DNA of 64,000 bases, from positions 32,001 to 96,000 of IMG/VR virus record IMGVR_UViG_3300031707_000003; one strand, 5' to 3'. Numbering within the stretch: position 1 is the first letter of the stretch; every line of letters starts with the position of its first letter. Positions 8,887-19,449 of this stretch are shown here, piece after piece. A program made the position numbers and the translations under genes. The notes beneath the pieces were generated by a model. That model saw only the letters and a list, made by a program, of their open reading frames with translations, was not told where the DNA came from and did no database searches. The stretch comes from a virus.

Positions 8887-11800
8887 ATGGGATTCAGCAT
8901 TCGCGGCTACGTGTTGGAGCCCCCGCGTGTGGGGCAGTCAAACTCGCCTTTCACGAGTTCTCCGGCCAATTTCATCTCCGACCCCGTCGCGTTCGGGATC
9001 GCGTACCCCAACACCGAAGCCAATCCTCGTGCTGATTACCTCACCCTCGTCACCAACGAGGGCGTGGGGGGTCTTCTTCGGAACGCCTCGTTTGGCTGGA
9101 CGAAGAACGAGGTGGTCCGTCGCTTCGACTACGCCAGCCGGGACGGCCGCTTCAAGCCCCTTCCAGGCGGCACCATCGTCACAGCGGGCCCTATCGGCCC
9201 CAACTCGAACACCCAACGTCTGAAGGCTGTCCCAGCTCCTCTGCAAGCCCTTGCAGACGCCCCCTTCCGGCTTTCTATCGGGACCGTTGGGAGCGGTAAC
9301 ACCCAGACCGTTGTTCTTGTGCTCAACGATGGGGCTTTCGGAGCACCTCCGGCGGGCACGACGGAGTTGTCGCTAGCGACAGGGAACCTCAACTGGAACC
9401 CCTCAGACCTGGTGGCGTACGACGGCCAGGTGCTCCGGTACCAGCAGCAAGCGTACTTCGACTACGACAAATCCACCGGGGACATCGGGCTCATCAACGC
9501 CCCGGTCCTTCTCCTCAACCCCATTCCGGGGACAGGTCAATTCCCTCTCATCCGCATCGGATTCAGCCTCTACCTCACACCCATTGAGAGGCCGAACGAG
9601 GCGGGGTTCTCCCCTGACCCGGCAGCCGGGACGGTCGAGTGGGCCCTCAACACGGGCCGGCTCAAGTTCCACTCCGCAGACATTGCGGCCCACCTCGGGT
9701 TCCCGATCTACTACGACGGCACCCTCTTCGCGATTGCTCTTCAACTACCTCGGCAGAGCATCGGGCTGATCGACGCTCCTACGCCCATCGTGGGACTCCC
9801 TCCCGATGGTGGGGACATCATCTTCGACCTTCCATCGCACGTTCCCTACGTGCAGTTCGCCCAGGTTGTGCGGACCACAACCTTCGATGCGGTCGGTAAG
9901 GCGAACGAGGTCCAGGTGAACCCTGGTACGGGGGCGGTTCAGTTCTCCGTTTCGGATCGGGCCATCTACACAGGCTCACCTGTCGAGGTGGTCTTTGGCG
10001 ATCTCGTGATCGATCACGGCGTCTCTATCAGGCTCTTCCGAACGCCGGTCAACCTCGACGCCAGCAGCACGACCAAAGACGTCACGACGATCTACGCAGT
10101 CCAGAACGCCGTGTGGGCGAGCCCTATCATCGGTTCACCTCAGGTCTTCCTACCCTCGGTTCCCATCGATGCCCTGGCCTACCCGCTTACAGTGAGCGTC
10201 GTCCAAGGGACGGGCAGTTTCACGGGCACGCTCAATCGCCTCGATGTGCCTGGACCCCCACCGGGCCTGGGCTACTTCATCGACTTCGACGCTCGAACGT
10301 TCCACTACGCTCAGCGGAAGAACCAAACTCTCATCCCCCTCCTCCAGTCATCGGGGACGGTGGCACTCCCTGACCCCCTCGTCCTCCCTGGAAATGTCGT
10401 CCTAGAGCTGGAGACGGGGACCGGCACGGGGATCTACAACCCTCTCACTATCGGGACAGACGTTCTCCTTGATCCCACCCCTGGGCTCGCCACCTTCACG
10501 ACAACCCAAGGCCTCACCATCGCCACCGGGGCCACCGCCTCGTTCTCTGGCCTGACCTTCACGGACGCGGCAGGGGGCTTTGTGGCTGCCGGGGTTCAGC
10601 CTGGAGACTTCATCGTCATCTCCAGCTCGGCTGCCAAGGGCGTCTACACGGTCGCAGCGGTCGTTTCCCCGACGCAGCTCACAACGGACGTTGTGGCGCA
10701 GACCCCGAGCCTGACGGGCCCTCCAGCGCCGGTATCGGTCACTAACGCCGCGTACACCATCGAGAGAGGCAAAGAGATCCTAGCGGATCGCTTCTTCCAA
10801 GAGGTGGTGCTCATCGACCCGAGTACGATGCTCGAACGCATCCGTGGGATCGGCGTCATCCAGAACGCTACGGTCATCGTCGCTACCCAGAACGCGACTT
10901 TCCCGGACTTCCTCACACTCTCAGATCCGCTGACCAACTTCATCACGTCAGGCGTCCAGGTTGGCGACACGATCCTCCTCAACTCGGGTCCCGACACGGG
11001 TACGACTCGAACGGTCACGTTCGTTGAGCAGAACAAGCTGACGGTCGCCTCGAACCTCCCGTTCGCGTTCCTCACGGCAGCGACGTACTCGATCACTCGC
11101 CGCCTCCGCATCCCGATCTCCTCGATTGGGACTTCCCGGTTTCGCTTTGGGTTGAATACGCTATCTACGTCGGTGAACCCGGTCCCGAACGACAGCTCGT
11201 TCACCAACCCCGTCACCCTTCTGTCCGGCATTGTCGAGGTAAGCCAAGTCACCGGCAACCTCAACTTCAGCAACGCAGACATCGTTCCTGCGCTCCAAAT
11301 CTACTGGATCCGCAAGCTCACGCCTCGAATCGACTACAAGCTCTCCCCACAGCTCGGCCTCATTCAGTTCACGGACCGGATGCTCTCGTTCGAGGAGGTT
11401 CTCGTCACTTACACACCGGCCCCTCCGGTGACGACACCCCCAACGCCAGCCGGACCCCTCGTACAAGAGAGGGCAACGTTCCTCGTCCGTAAAGAGCAGA
11501 GCCAACCACACCCGACACCCACAAATACAGTTAGCTTCAACCCAACGGGGCGTACGGTCGCGGACAACCCGCCTCCGGCTGTGTTCAGAGGAGGACGACC
11601 GCAGCAAACCGGGGTCCAATGCAACGTGGATCTCGCTGCTTTCACGGTAACGTTCCTTCCTGACGCTCAGGTCACCGACGTTATCCCGCACGGGGCGATC
11701 ATCGGGCCGAGCGAGCGCGTTCTCGTGGACTACTTCGTCTTCGAAGCTCTTGGCGGAGAGAAGACGACAACGATTCTTCAACCCCCGATGCTGACAGCTC

Positions 11801-14800
11801 TCGTCAACATCACCGAGGGCGACAACTTCTTCGTCGTTCATGGGGACCAGACCACCAACTTCCCGGCTGGCTTTCTCATGCGGATCGAGCAGGAGGAGGT
11901 CTATCTCATCGGTGCATCTTCGTACGATGTGGGAGCCGATCTAACGACCGTCACGCTCTTTGGGGCGCAGACGTTCCAGAATTCGTACTCGGATCCCAAG
12001 ATTTTCGTCTCGTCAGGACCGACGCGGCTCACGAGCTTTCTCTTCTTCCCGGCCTATTTCACTCCCGAGTTACAGGCTTACGACCCCGTTGCGAGGGGGA
12101 TGAACAAGATTTTCGTCTTCGGAGACCGGACGTCTTCGTACCGCTCTGGGGTGACGGTCTACTTCACGGATGGTACCTCCTCGTTCTCTGACTTCATTCA
12201 GGTGACGGGGGCCCAATTCCATGCGGACACGGGTAAGACTGAGGTGACCCTTGCGGCGAACGCACTTCGCCAATACATGCACGGGCCCCAAATCCTCCAG
12301 TACACGGTTCGTCCTATCTTCGAGGAAGGGACGACGACGGCCTTGACGAGCAAGGCGCCTGTTCTCACCCAACCCTATTCGCTGTTCCGACGGGCAGAGG
12401 GTGAGGCGGGTATCCTGCTCTTGGCCCCTACGGACTACCAGATCGACGACGCGGGTGCCGTCAAGTACACCCCAGCCTTGCGGCCCAAAGAAGAGGTGTC
12501 GATCTTCTACACGGGTCATCGAATCGTGGGTGCAGGCCCTCGTGTCAGGGCTTCGTACACATTCTCGATTGCCCCCACGGCAGCGAATGGCTTGGAAGGC
12601 CAAATCCTCCAAGCCAACTACTACGTCTTCTCGCCGGACAACTTCTACTACCGGGTTGAGACTCTCACCAACTTCAAGGGGGAGGTGGCCCAAGAGATCC
12701 AGGCGGCAGCTCAAGCGGGCTCTCCGTCAAGCGGCCCGCAGACGTCGAACTCGTCTTCGCCTCAGCTCTTCCAACAGGGTCGGGAATCCGTCTTCTTCCC
12801 TGAGGGTCATCTCGCCAACCAGGATCTCGTTGCTCGCGGAAGCCTCAAGTTCTTCAACGATGCGGTCAACTACCTCGAAGACGCCCTCCATGCGCTCGAT
12901 GGGCGTGTCGTGGGTGGTAACAACGGCCGGTTCCTGTTCGACGGCAACATCACCAACCCTGTTCGTCCGAACCCGGCGGCGGTGACCAATCAGATCGACG
13001 ACAAGCTGGTCGTCTCCCCCTTCCCGCTCCCTTCGGGCACGACCCAAGCCATCTACCTCCAAGGCCCGTACAGCCGGTTCTTCAAGAACCTTCGCGACCT
13101 CTTCGCGACCTCTCCGGCTATGGTCTCGGGTAGTACGGGGGATGGGGATGCCATCGCGAAGGCGACATTCAACAACCTCTCGTCTCTCCCCACTGTCGCC
13201 TTCAAGCGGACGCCCAGGGCTCAGATCCAGTTCGACTACCCCTACGGTACGACCACCTTCACCGTCGACAACGCCAACGGCACGAACGACGCCCTCCAGC
13301 GTCCCTCGTTCGTCAACCAGATGCGTGTCGTCATCGAGGATCCCCAGGGACGCTTCTTCGTCCTCGACTCGGATACAGCCACCGTCTCCAGCTTCACCGC
13401 GACGACAGTGACAATCAGCGTGGGGGCGCACTCCCCGACACCGGGTCCTGATCCCGGTTTCCTTCCGGCCGGGTCGACGATCTACCTTTCCCCGAGCGAC
13501 GCGAACACCTCGTTGGAGAAGGGTGACTACCCTCCTGCCGCCGGCACGAATGGCGCGTACATGATGCAGTACCGCTTCGGCCACGACTTGGACTTCAACC
13601 TCTCGACGGGTGAGTTTCTCTTCTCAGAAAGAAGCTTCCCATACAACGGGATCCTCTCAATTCTTCCCCCGTTGGTACGGCCCTTCGGCCCCTTCTTCGA
13701 TACCTTCCCAGTCCAAAACGGGGACATCCTCCAAGTCTTTGGGGCAGGGTTGAACATCAGCGCTACCGCACCCGACAAGTTCCCCGCTCTCTACGGGGGG
13801 ACGACGAATGATGATAGGGATCAAGCGCTCCCCATTGTCGGCCCGACGTTTGACGGGGAGTTGACGGCGGCAGGCGGCGGCCCCCTCAATGTGGAGATCA
13901 CAGCGGAGCAGCCCGTGACGGGTACGATCCGTCTCGCAACAACGGCCCCCTACTTGGGGACGGGGTCTCTCGACGTCACCACGACCATTATCACCGATGC
14001 AAACCCCTCTTTCCCCGCTCCACTCCCTCAAGTCCACGACCTTGTACGTATCCTGACAGGGCTCAATGGGGCCACGGAGTTCCGACGCATCACAGTAGTT
14101 GGCGTCAACACGATCACGGTCGACTCACCTTTCGTGGTTCAGGATGCCGGGTTCAGCTACACGATCGCTGTCAGCTCAACGACTGTGACGGGTACCGCTA
14201 CTTTGGCGGGCACAACCCTCACGGATGCCCTCGCCCTCTTCACGACGACTGCGCAGATTGGCTGGACTGTTGTGATGACAAGCGGGCCTAACATCGCGGA
14301 ACGCCGGCAAATCGTTACGGTGGTCTCGAATACCCAACTCACGCTAGACTCCGCTTTTTCGAGTCCCGTCATCGGTGGCACGTACAGGATCGACAATCCC
14401 CTCGACACATACGGTGGTCCGCTGACCATCCTTGCCGCGATCTCCTCAGCGGTGGCGACCGAGCTGGCAACCATCAACACGAACCCCAATTCTGAGCAGG
14501 CGGCCCTCCTCGCCTTCCTTGCCACGATCTTCACGACCATCGTGTCGAGTGTGAATGGGTCGGTTACGGTCCTCACTCAGCTCACGGACATCACCGCGAA
14601 CTACATCACCTCTGGGGTGAACACTTCTCATCTCGTCTACATCCAGACGGGAACGAACGCAGGGATTTACTCCATCGCGAGCGTGGACTCCCCAACGCAG
14701 ATCACCGTTCAGACGCCATTCCCAGTAGCCGGAGCCGGAATCACCTACCAGATCGTGAGCTACTTCGGGGCGGGTCTCATGACCTTCCAGGACATCTTCA

Positions 14801-15192
14801 GCATCCTCGCGGCGAACGAAACGTTCACGACGCAGACGCTTGCCTTCCAGGCTCTCGTCAACACACCCGTTCCCGTGCTCTTGGTAACCCTACCGGACCC
14901 GGCGTCCTTTGCTCGCGGCATTCTTACCGTGGACCTCGATACCCGAACCACGCAGGCTCAGACGCGGTTGGCTTACCTCACCAACCCAGGGACGGGTCCG
15001 ATCGCCAAGATTCAGAAGGCACTCACCGGCTCGGATCGCCTTTATGACAAGCGGTATTCGTGGATTGATGCCCGGATCAACCAGGAGACAGGCTACCTCG
15101 TGAAAGAGCAGCGTGCCGTGGCTGATCGAATCAAGGCGCAAGCAGATATCTTGAACCAGCTCATCAAACTCCTCACCGTACAGGGGTCGTAA
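8887..15192 (+). CDS. Giant (2101 aa) baseplate/tail-associated structural protein with repeated beta modules
   Basis: Long ORF with phage-like codon usage, rich in T/V/G/P, five copies of a ~70-aa beta module and a C-terminal helical segment; lies within the baseplate operon. Confidence 0.75.
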   Translation: MGFSIRGYVLEPPRVGQSNSPFTSSPANFISDPVAFGIAYPNTEANPRADYLTLVTNEGVGGLLRNASFGWTKNEVVRRFDYASRDGRFKPLPGGTIVTAGPIGPNSNTQRLKAVPAPLQALADAPFRLSIGTVGSGNTQTVVLVLNDGAFGAPPAGTTELSLATGNLNWNPSDLVAYDGQVLRYQQQAYFDYDKSTGDIGLINAPVLLLNPIPGTGQFPLIRIGFSLYLTPIERPNEAGFSPDPAAGTVEWALNTGRLKFHSADIAAHLGFPIYYDGTLFAIALQLPRQSIGLIDAPTPIVGLPPDGGDIIFDLPSHVPYVQFAQVVRTTTFDAVGKANEVQVNPGTGAVQFSVSDRAIYTGSPVEVVFGDLVIDHGVSIRLFRTPVNLDASSTTKDVTTIYAVQNAVWASPIIGSPQVFLPSVPIDALAYPLTVSVVQGTGSFTGTLNRLDVPGPPPGLGYFIDFDARTFHYAQRKNQTLIPLLQSSGTVALPDPLVLPGNVVLELETGTGTGIYNPLTIGTDVLLDPTPGLATFTTTQGLTIATGATASFSGLTFTDAAGGFVAAGVQPGDFIVISSSAAKGVYTVAAVVSPTQLTTDVVAQTPSLTGPPAPVSVTNAAYTIERGKEILADRFFQEVVLIDPSTMLERIRGIGVIQNATVIVATQNATFPDFLTLSDPLTNFITSGVQVGDTILLNSGPDTGTTRTVTFVEQNKLTVASNLPFAFLTAATYSITRRLRIPISSIGTSRFRFGLNTLSTSVNPVPNDSSFTNPVTLLSGIVEVSQVTGNLNFSNADIVPALQIYWIRKLTPRIDYKLSPQLGLIQFTDRMLSFEEVLVTYTPAPPVTTPPTPAGPLVQERATFLVRKEQSQPHPTPTNTVSFNPTGRTVADNPPPAVFRGGRPQQTGVQCNVDLAAFTVTFLPDAQVTDVIPHGAIIGPSERVLVDYFVFEALGGEKTTTILQPPMLTALVNITEGDNFFVVHGDQTTNFPAGFLMRIEQEEVYLIGASSYDVGADLTTVTLFGAQTFQNSYSDPKIFVSSGPTRLTSFLFFPAYFTPELQAYDPVARGMNKIFVFGDRTSSYRSGVTVYFTDGTSSFSDFIQVTGAQFHADTGKTEVTLAANALRQYMHGPQILQYTVRPIFEEGTTTALTSKAPVLTQPYSLFRRAEGEAGILLLAPTDYQIDDAGAVKYTPALRPKEEVSIFYTGHRIVGAGPRVRASYTFSIAPTAANGLEGQILQANYYVFSPDNFYYRVETLTNFKGEVAQEIQAAAQAGSPSSGPQTSNSSSPQLFQQGRESVFFPEGHLANQDLVARGSLKFFNDAVNYLEDALHALDGRVVGGNNGRFLFDGNITNPVRPNPAAVTNQIDDKLVVSPFPLPSGTTQAIYLQGPYSRFFKNLRDLFATSPAMVSGSTGDGDAIAKATFNNLSSLPTVAFKRTPRAQIQFDYPYGTTTFTVDNANGTNDALQRPSFVNQMRVVIEDPQGRFFVLDSDTATVSSFTATTVTISVGAHSPTPGPDPGFLPAGSTIYLSPSDANTSLEKGDYPPAAGTNGAYMMQYRFGHDLDFNLSTGEFLFSERSFPYNGILSILPPLVRPFGPFFDTFPVQNGDILQVFGAGLNISATAPDKFPALYGGTTNDDRDQALPIVGPTFDGELTAAGGGPLNVEITAEQPVTGTIRLATTAPYLGTGSLDVTTTIITDANPSFPAPLPQVHDLVRILTGLNGATEFRRITVVGVNTITVDSPFVVQDAGFSYTIAVSSTTVTGTATLAGTTLTDALALFTTTAQIGWTVVMTSGPNIAERRQIVTVVSNTQLTLDSAFSSPVIGGTYRIDNPLDTYGGPLTILAAISSAVATELATINTNPNSEQAALLAFLATIFTTIVSSVNGSVTVLTQLTDITANYITSGVNTSHLVYIQTGTNAGIYSIASVDSPTQITVQTPFPVAGAGITYQIVSYFGAGLMTFQDIFSILAANETFTTQTLAFQALVNTPVPVLLVTLPDPASFARGILTVDLDTRTTQAQTRLAYLTNPGTGPIAKIQKALTGSDRLYDKRYSWIDARINQETGYLVKEQRAVADRIKAQADILNQLIKLLTVQGS

Positions 15193-15194
15193 TC

Positions 15195-15377
15195 ATGTCG
15201 GACGAAACCAAGCCCAAGGAAGAGACACCCGCTCCCGAAGCCCCCAAGTGGGAGTACAAGACGGAGTTCGGCATCAACACTCAGATGCGTGAGGTCGTTC
15301 GGTTGACGGTCTCGGCAACCGAAGCGGAGATCAAACTCCTCCGCCGTAAGCTCGAAAAACTCCAGTACGGCTCTTGA
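15195..15377 (+). CDS. Small hypothetical protein with a C-terminal coiled coil
   Basis: 60 aa, fills the gap between two large genes, typical codon usage. Confidence 0.6.
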   Translation: MSDETKPKEETPAPEAPKWEYKTEFGINTQMREVVRLTVSATEAEIKLLRRKLEKLQYGS

Positions 15378-15386
15378 AGGGGTAAC

Positions 15387-17522
15387 ATGGCCGCGACTCC
15401 CAATTGGCAAGCATTCAAGATCCAGATCCCTGGTCAGGATCTCTTGGAAGGCGTCCGGTCTGTCCTTGAGACCTTGCTTATCTTTTTGGAGATCCTGAAG
15501 GCCATCCTGGAGACGATCAAGGCGTTCCTTATCGACTTCGGAAACCCTATCAAGGCTCTCGTCGAAGCCCTGATCAAGTTGATCCTTACGCTCTTCGAGG
15601 CCCTCAAGCGAACGGGTATCTATGCTCTGTTCGACATCCCAAACCCATCCCTCGATCCCAACTTCGTCAACCATAGTGGTGGCTTCGCCGCGTTCACGAC
15701 TCGCTTCCGAGGGTCCCTTTTCGACACCAAGGATCCGAACCGTCCGCAACCCATCGCAGGGGCCACCCAGAGCGGGTTCGTTCTCATCGTTGCTGACGCC
15801 GAGGCCGCGATCGGGCTCATTCGCCTCATTCGAATCCTGCTCAGGTTCTTCGGCAAGGAGTTCCTGAACCCGAAGTACGCACCCCCGGCCAACTTCAAGG
15901 TGCTGCCTGTCGGATCGAAAGGGGACCCGCTTCTCTCGATCGTGAAAGTCTTCCAGGAAAAGCCGAAGTCCCTCGTTGTGGAGTGGACGCTCCCTCAAGG
16001 CACGCGAGCTGGAGACCCAGGCTTCGCGGATCTCTTAGGATCCGTCGCGACCGAGTTCGTCCCCCCTCGGTTTCTCATAGAGAAGAGTGAGGTCAGTCCC
16101 AACGGTGAGATCCCCGACACTCAATTGGGGAATGCTAGCGCTACCGGGCGGGTAACTACGCTTGTCGACACCAACTTCGAGGTCCGGGGGCAGCCGGGTA
16201 AGATCATCCAGCGCAAGGTCCGGCTGAACGATACGGATGGGGACCCTTTCATCAAAGCCCAGAAGTACATCGTGATCGACACGAGCAACAACACCGCGAC
16301 CTTCCTCTTGGGTCAGCTCGGGACGTTCCGTTACATCGACCACGACGTTGTGCCCGACAAGACCTACTGGTACCGCGTGCGAGCCTACAGCGGCAATCTC
16401 ACATTGAGTGGTACCAGCGTCCCATTCAAGGTCGTGAAGAACGTCGTGGAGAAGGCCGCCTATGTCGAGTGGCCTGGGGACACGCCCACCATGGGGAAGG
16501 CCACCCCGTTCGTTCGTGTGCGGATGCCCAACGTCCCCAATTTTGACGTGATCGAGAACCTGAAGCGTGTCTTCCAAACGGCCTTCTCGTTCAACTTCCA
16601 TCTCCCGCCCGCCCAGGGCTCGCAATTCGACGCGTCCGGATTGCCGCTGAATGACGCGACCCCGGCGTCCCAGGTGGGGACAGGTTCGCTCACGAAGTTT
16701 GCCGGTCCTCTCGCCTCTTTCCAAGCGATTCCTGCGGTGGGTACAGCCATCTCCAAATCGCTCGCTGCCAACCCCGCGACGGGGGCGCCCGACGATCTGC
16801 CATGGCAGAGGACCAGCGTTCGAGCCAACTCGACTCGGCTCGCGAACATCGTTTCGGGGGCTATGTTGGAGAGCGGGTCGGCGGATGCCTTCCGGCAGCT
16901 CATGCAAGGACCACCGCCCAAGGCACCCACGACCGCGAAACTCCCGTCTACATCGATCTCAGCCATGGTGTTCGCTCTGACGGACATCCAGGCTGATGGC
17001 ACGGTCAGCCAGGACACCGCCATCCTCTACTCAAACGCCTTTACGGACGCCAACGCCCGAGTAGACATCTTGTCGGTCATCAACTTCATCAAGGGGTTCA
17101 CCCTTGGGGGTGTCCCGCCGGACTGGATCCAGATCAGCATCCTTCGCGACATCATCCCTTGGTCGGGGCAGATGCTCTACGAGCTGATCGCGAAGATCCA
17201 AGCGCTCCTCGACGCCTTCAAGGGGATGCTCGACGAGATCAAGAACTTCATCGACCTCATCATCCGCAAGATCAATGTCTTGGAGCAGTTCATCGCGTAC
17301 CTCCTGTCGATCCTCGACTTCATCGACGCTCTTTCGGCCGGATTTTTCGTTCTGGCCGTCCCGGAAACGGGTGGCGACGCCGGTACATGGGCAAGCCTCG
17401 TTGAAAACGCAGGTGGGGACAAGCCGCCAAGCGGACCGGGTGGGTATACCGCCGGGATTTCCCTGGCCTATGTGGCGGTGGACGTCGGGGCCTTCGTCGC
17501 GGCGTTCAAGCTCATCTTCTAG
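15387..17522 (+). CDS. Virion protein with terminal amphipathic helical bundles and a central FN3-like motif
   Basis: Amphipathic heptad segments at both termini; FN3-like 'YIDHDVVPDKTYWYRVRAY'; RBS-like AAGGGG upstream. Confidence 0.65.
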   Translation: MAATPNWQAFKIQIPGQDLLEGVRSVLETLLIFLEILKAILETIKAFLIDFGNPIKALVEALIKLILTLFEALKRTGIYALFDIPNPSLDPNFVNHSGGFAAFTTRFRGSLFDTKDPNRPQPIAGATQSGFVLIVADAEAAIGLIRLIRILLRFFGKEFLNPKYAPPANFKVLPVGSKGDPLLSIVKVFQEKPKSLVVEWTLPQGTRAGDPGFADLLGSVATEFVPPRFLIEKSEVSPNGEIPDTQLGNASATGRVTTLVDTNFEVRGQPGKIIQRKVRLNDTDGDPFIKAQKYIVIDTSNNTATFLLGQLGTFRYIDHDVVPDKTYWYRVRAYSGNLTLSGTSVPFKVVKNVVEKAAYVEWPGDTPTMGKATPFVRVRMPNVPNFDVIENLKRVFQTAFSFNFHLPPAQGSQFDASGLPLNDATPASQVGTGSLTKFAGPLASFQAIPAVGTAISKSLAANPATGAPDDLPWQRTSVRANSTRLANIVSGAMLESGSADAFRQLMQGPPPKAPTTAKLPSTSISAMVFALTDIQADGTVSQDTAILYSNAFTDANARVDILSVINFIKGFTLGGVPPDWIQISILRDIIPWSGQMLYELIAKIQALLDAFKGMLDEIKNFIDLIIRKINVLEQFIAYLLSILDFIDALSAGFFVLAVPETGGDAGTWASLVENAGGDKPPSGPGGYTAGISLAYVAVDVGAFVAAFKLIF

Positions 17523-17563
17523 GAGGGCTGTTTTCCTCTTGTAACCCCACAGGATCGGGCAGT

Positions 17564-18310
17564 ATGAGCTTCGATTTCAAAGGCACGTTCACGAAGAGCC
17601 AGTTCGACAGGTTTTCAACCTTCGTTCGGGCTCAAACGTCCACGATCGACGCTCGTATCGCTCACTTGAAGGCGGAGCAGGCTCGGATAGGCAACCTCGC
17701 GTTCGCGTTCGACGCAGGAGGGGTGCCTACAGCAATGTCTGCGGACCCTCCGACCTCAACGTACGTTGGCAAGCTTTTCGGTGTCTACGAGGGCCTCGGC
17801 GGCGATGCTGAGTTCGACCTCCAAGTCCGAAGCACGGGGCAGGCGATTTTCCGGGCTACGGGGGATGAGACCAAAACGCCCCAGCAGATGAGCAACGGTG
17901 ACGTTCTCGGGACTCCCGGCCTCTCGGATGCTCAGACTGCGAACTCGATGGGGCAGGCGAGCGCCTGGGTACAAGACATTCTGACCTACCGCCGCGAAGC
18001 CCTAGAACGGAAGATCCGTCGGGCGGTCGACTACGGGGACCAGCTCCAAGTTGAGATCAACACGCTCAACCGGATCAAAGCGGACGCCACGATCAACGGA
18101 GCGCTGGAGTTCATCCTCAACGGGATCAACGCATTGATCTCGGATCGTCAATACCTCGCGGCATCGAACGACAGCAGCAAGCCTGACCCGCACGGAAAAC
18201 TCGCGTACGCTCCGTTCGCCGCTTACATGCCCGGTCCAGACCGGTCTGAGGTCACGGACTTCGAGCGCACACTCGATGGGCCCGCCGTACCGGAAGGGAC
18301 GGGGACGTGA
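17564..18310 (+). CDS. Hypothetical helical virion protein
   Basis: 248 aa with coiled-coil segments; GTGA overlap with the gp25-like gene. Confidence 0.6.
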   Translation: MSFDFKGTFTKSQFDRFSTFVRAQTSTIDARIAHLKAEQARIGNLAFAFDAGGVPTAMSADPPTSTYVGKLFGVYEGLGGDAEFDLQVRSTGQAIFRATGDETKTPQQMSNGDVLGTPGLSDAQTANSMGQASAWVQDILTYRREALERKIRRAVDYGDQLQVEINTLNRIKADATINGALEFILNGINALISDRQYLAASNDSSKPDPHGKLAYAPFAAYMPGPDRSEVTDFERTLDGPAVPEGTGT

Positions 18311-19446
18311 GTTACGATCGCCAAATCGATCAGGTCTGCCACCACTTGGTGGCCGAAGAGGCCCTCTTCGTGGAGACCGATTACTTGACGGTCCGCCCAC
18401 TTCGTCCCATCGCCTCCTCGAACTCCGTTCGCGTGCGGTTGGATGGCGCCTTCGAGGTCCCTTCAGTGGGTGTGGCCTCACCGGGGACTAGCGCGGGCAC
18501 CAAAGAGGGTCCGTTCAACATCATGCAGGGTGTGAACGACACCTTTGTCGTTTCGGTCAATCAGGGGGCCCCGCAAACGGCCGTCATCCCAACGGCTAAC
18601 AAGCTCCCCGTGGACCGGCTTGTGGACCTCCTCGACAGGTCCTTCCAAGGGCTCTCTTTCGAGCTGCTCGGGAATCGCATCGCCTTCCGAACGACATCCA
18701 AGGGTCGGGGGGCCAGCGTCTTCATTTTGCCCACAAGCACGTTGGCGGCCACCCTTGGGATTGCGGTGAACCGCGAGTTTCGAGGGCAGCAAGTAGCTCC
18801 CGGTTGGACGCTCGTGAGCGCCCCCAACACGCTCCCGGATCGCCCCCTTCGGCTCATCATCTTTGATCAGCCCCTTCGCAGCGGCTCGGATTTCGTCGAG
18901 ATCAACTACACGACCACTCGGCAAGAGTGCCGTAGGTGTGGTGGAACGGGGGTCGAAAACGACTTCCGTTACGGCCTACACGGCGACCCCGTTCAAGTTC
19001 GCGATGAGGCTCTACTCATCCAAGAGCTACAGAAGAACTTCTACACGATCCGAGGGACGAACCCGTTTCACATCTGGTACGGGACCGGTCTCTTGGAAAC
19101 CATCGGCAAGAAGCTCTCAGCCGGTGGGCTCATCCAGAACCTCATCGTCTCGGATATTTACCAGGCATTCAACCGTTGGCAGAGCATCAAGCGGCAGCAA
19201 GAAGAGAAGGTCGGTCAGAACGTCTCTGACAAGGAGTACCCCCTTCGCTTGCTTTCCGTTGATCTCCAGCAGAGCACACAGGATCCCACGGTGGTTTTCG
19301 TCAGCATCACGGTCCAGAACCGATCGAACGACCCTATCCAGTTGGAGCGGGGCCTCAAGCTTCCTCAGCCGTCGGACCTCTTGGGCTCAACAGCTCAACA
19401 GGGTGTCATTCGGCAATCCCTCAGCGACTTTGTCCTTACCGGGTGA
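18307..19446 (+). CDS. Baseplate wedge/sheath initiator (gp25/gpW-like) with an N-terminal extension
   Basis: gp25-type motif 'LIQELQKNFYTIRGTNPFHIWYGTGLLETIG'; directly precedes the gpJ-like gene. Confidence 0.7.
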   Translation: MSYDRQIDQVCHHLVAEEALFVETDYLTVRPLRPIASSNSVRVRLDGAFEVPSVGVASPGTSAGTKEGPFNIMQGVNDTFVVSVNQGAPQTAVIPTANKLPVDRLVDLLDRSFQGLSFELLGNRIAFRTTSKGRGASVFILPTSTLAATLGIAVNREFRGQQVAPGWTLVSAPNTLPDRPLRLIIFDQPLRSGSDFVEINYTTTRQECRRCGGTGVENDFRYGLHGDPVQVRDEALLIQELQKNFYTIRGTNPFHIWYGTGLLETIGKKLSAGGLIQNLIVSDIYQAFNRWQSIKRQQEEKVGQNVSDKEYPLRLLSVDLQQSTQDPTVVFVSITVQNRSNDPIQLERGLKLPQPSDLLGSTAQQGVIRQSLSDFVLTG

Positions 19447-19449
19447 TCG

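Noticed and set aside
18307-18327. MSYDRQ N-terminus of the gp25-like gene resembling the YSYDxR tag
   Set aside because: The match is only four residues and lies in a baseplate protein, so it is probably coincidental.
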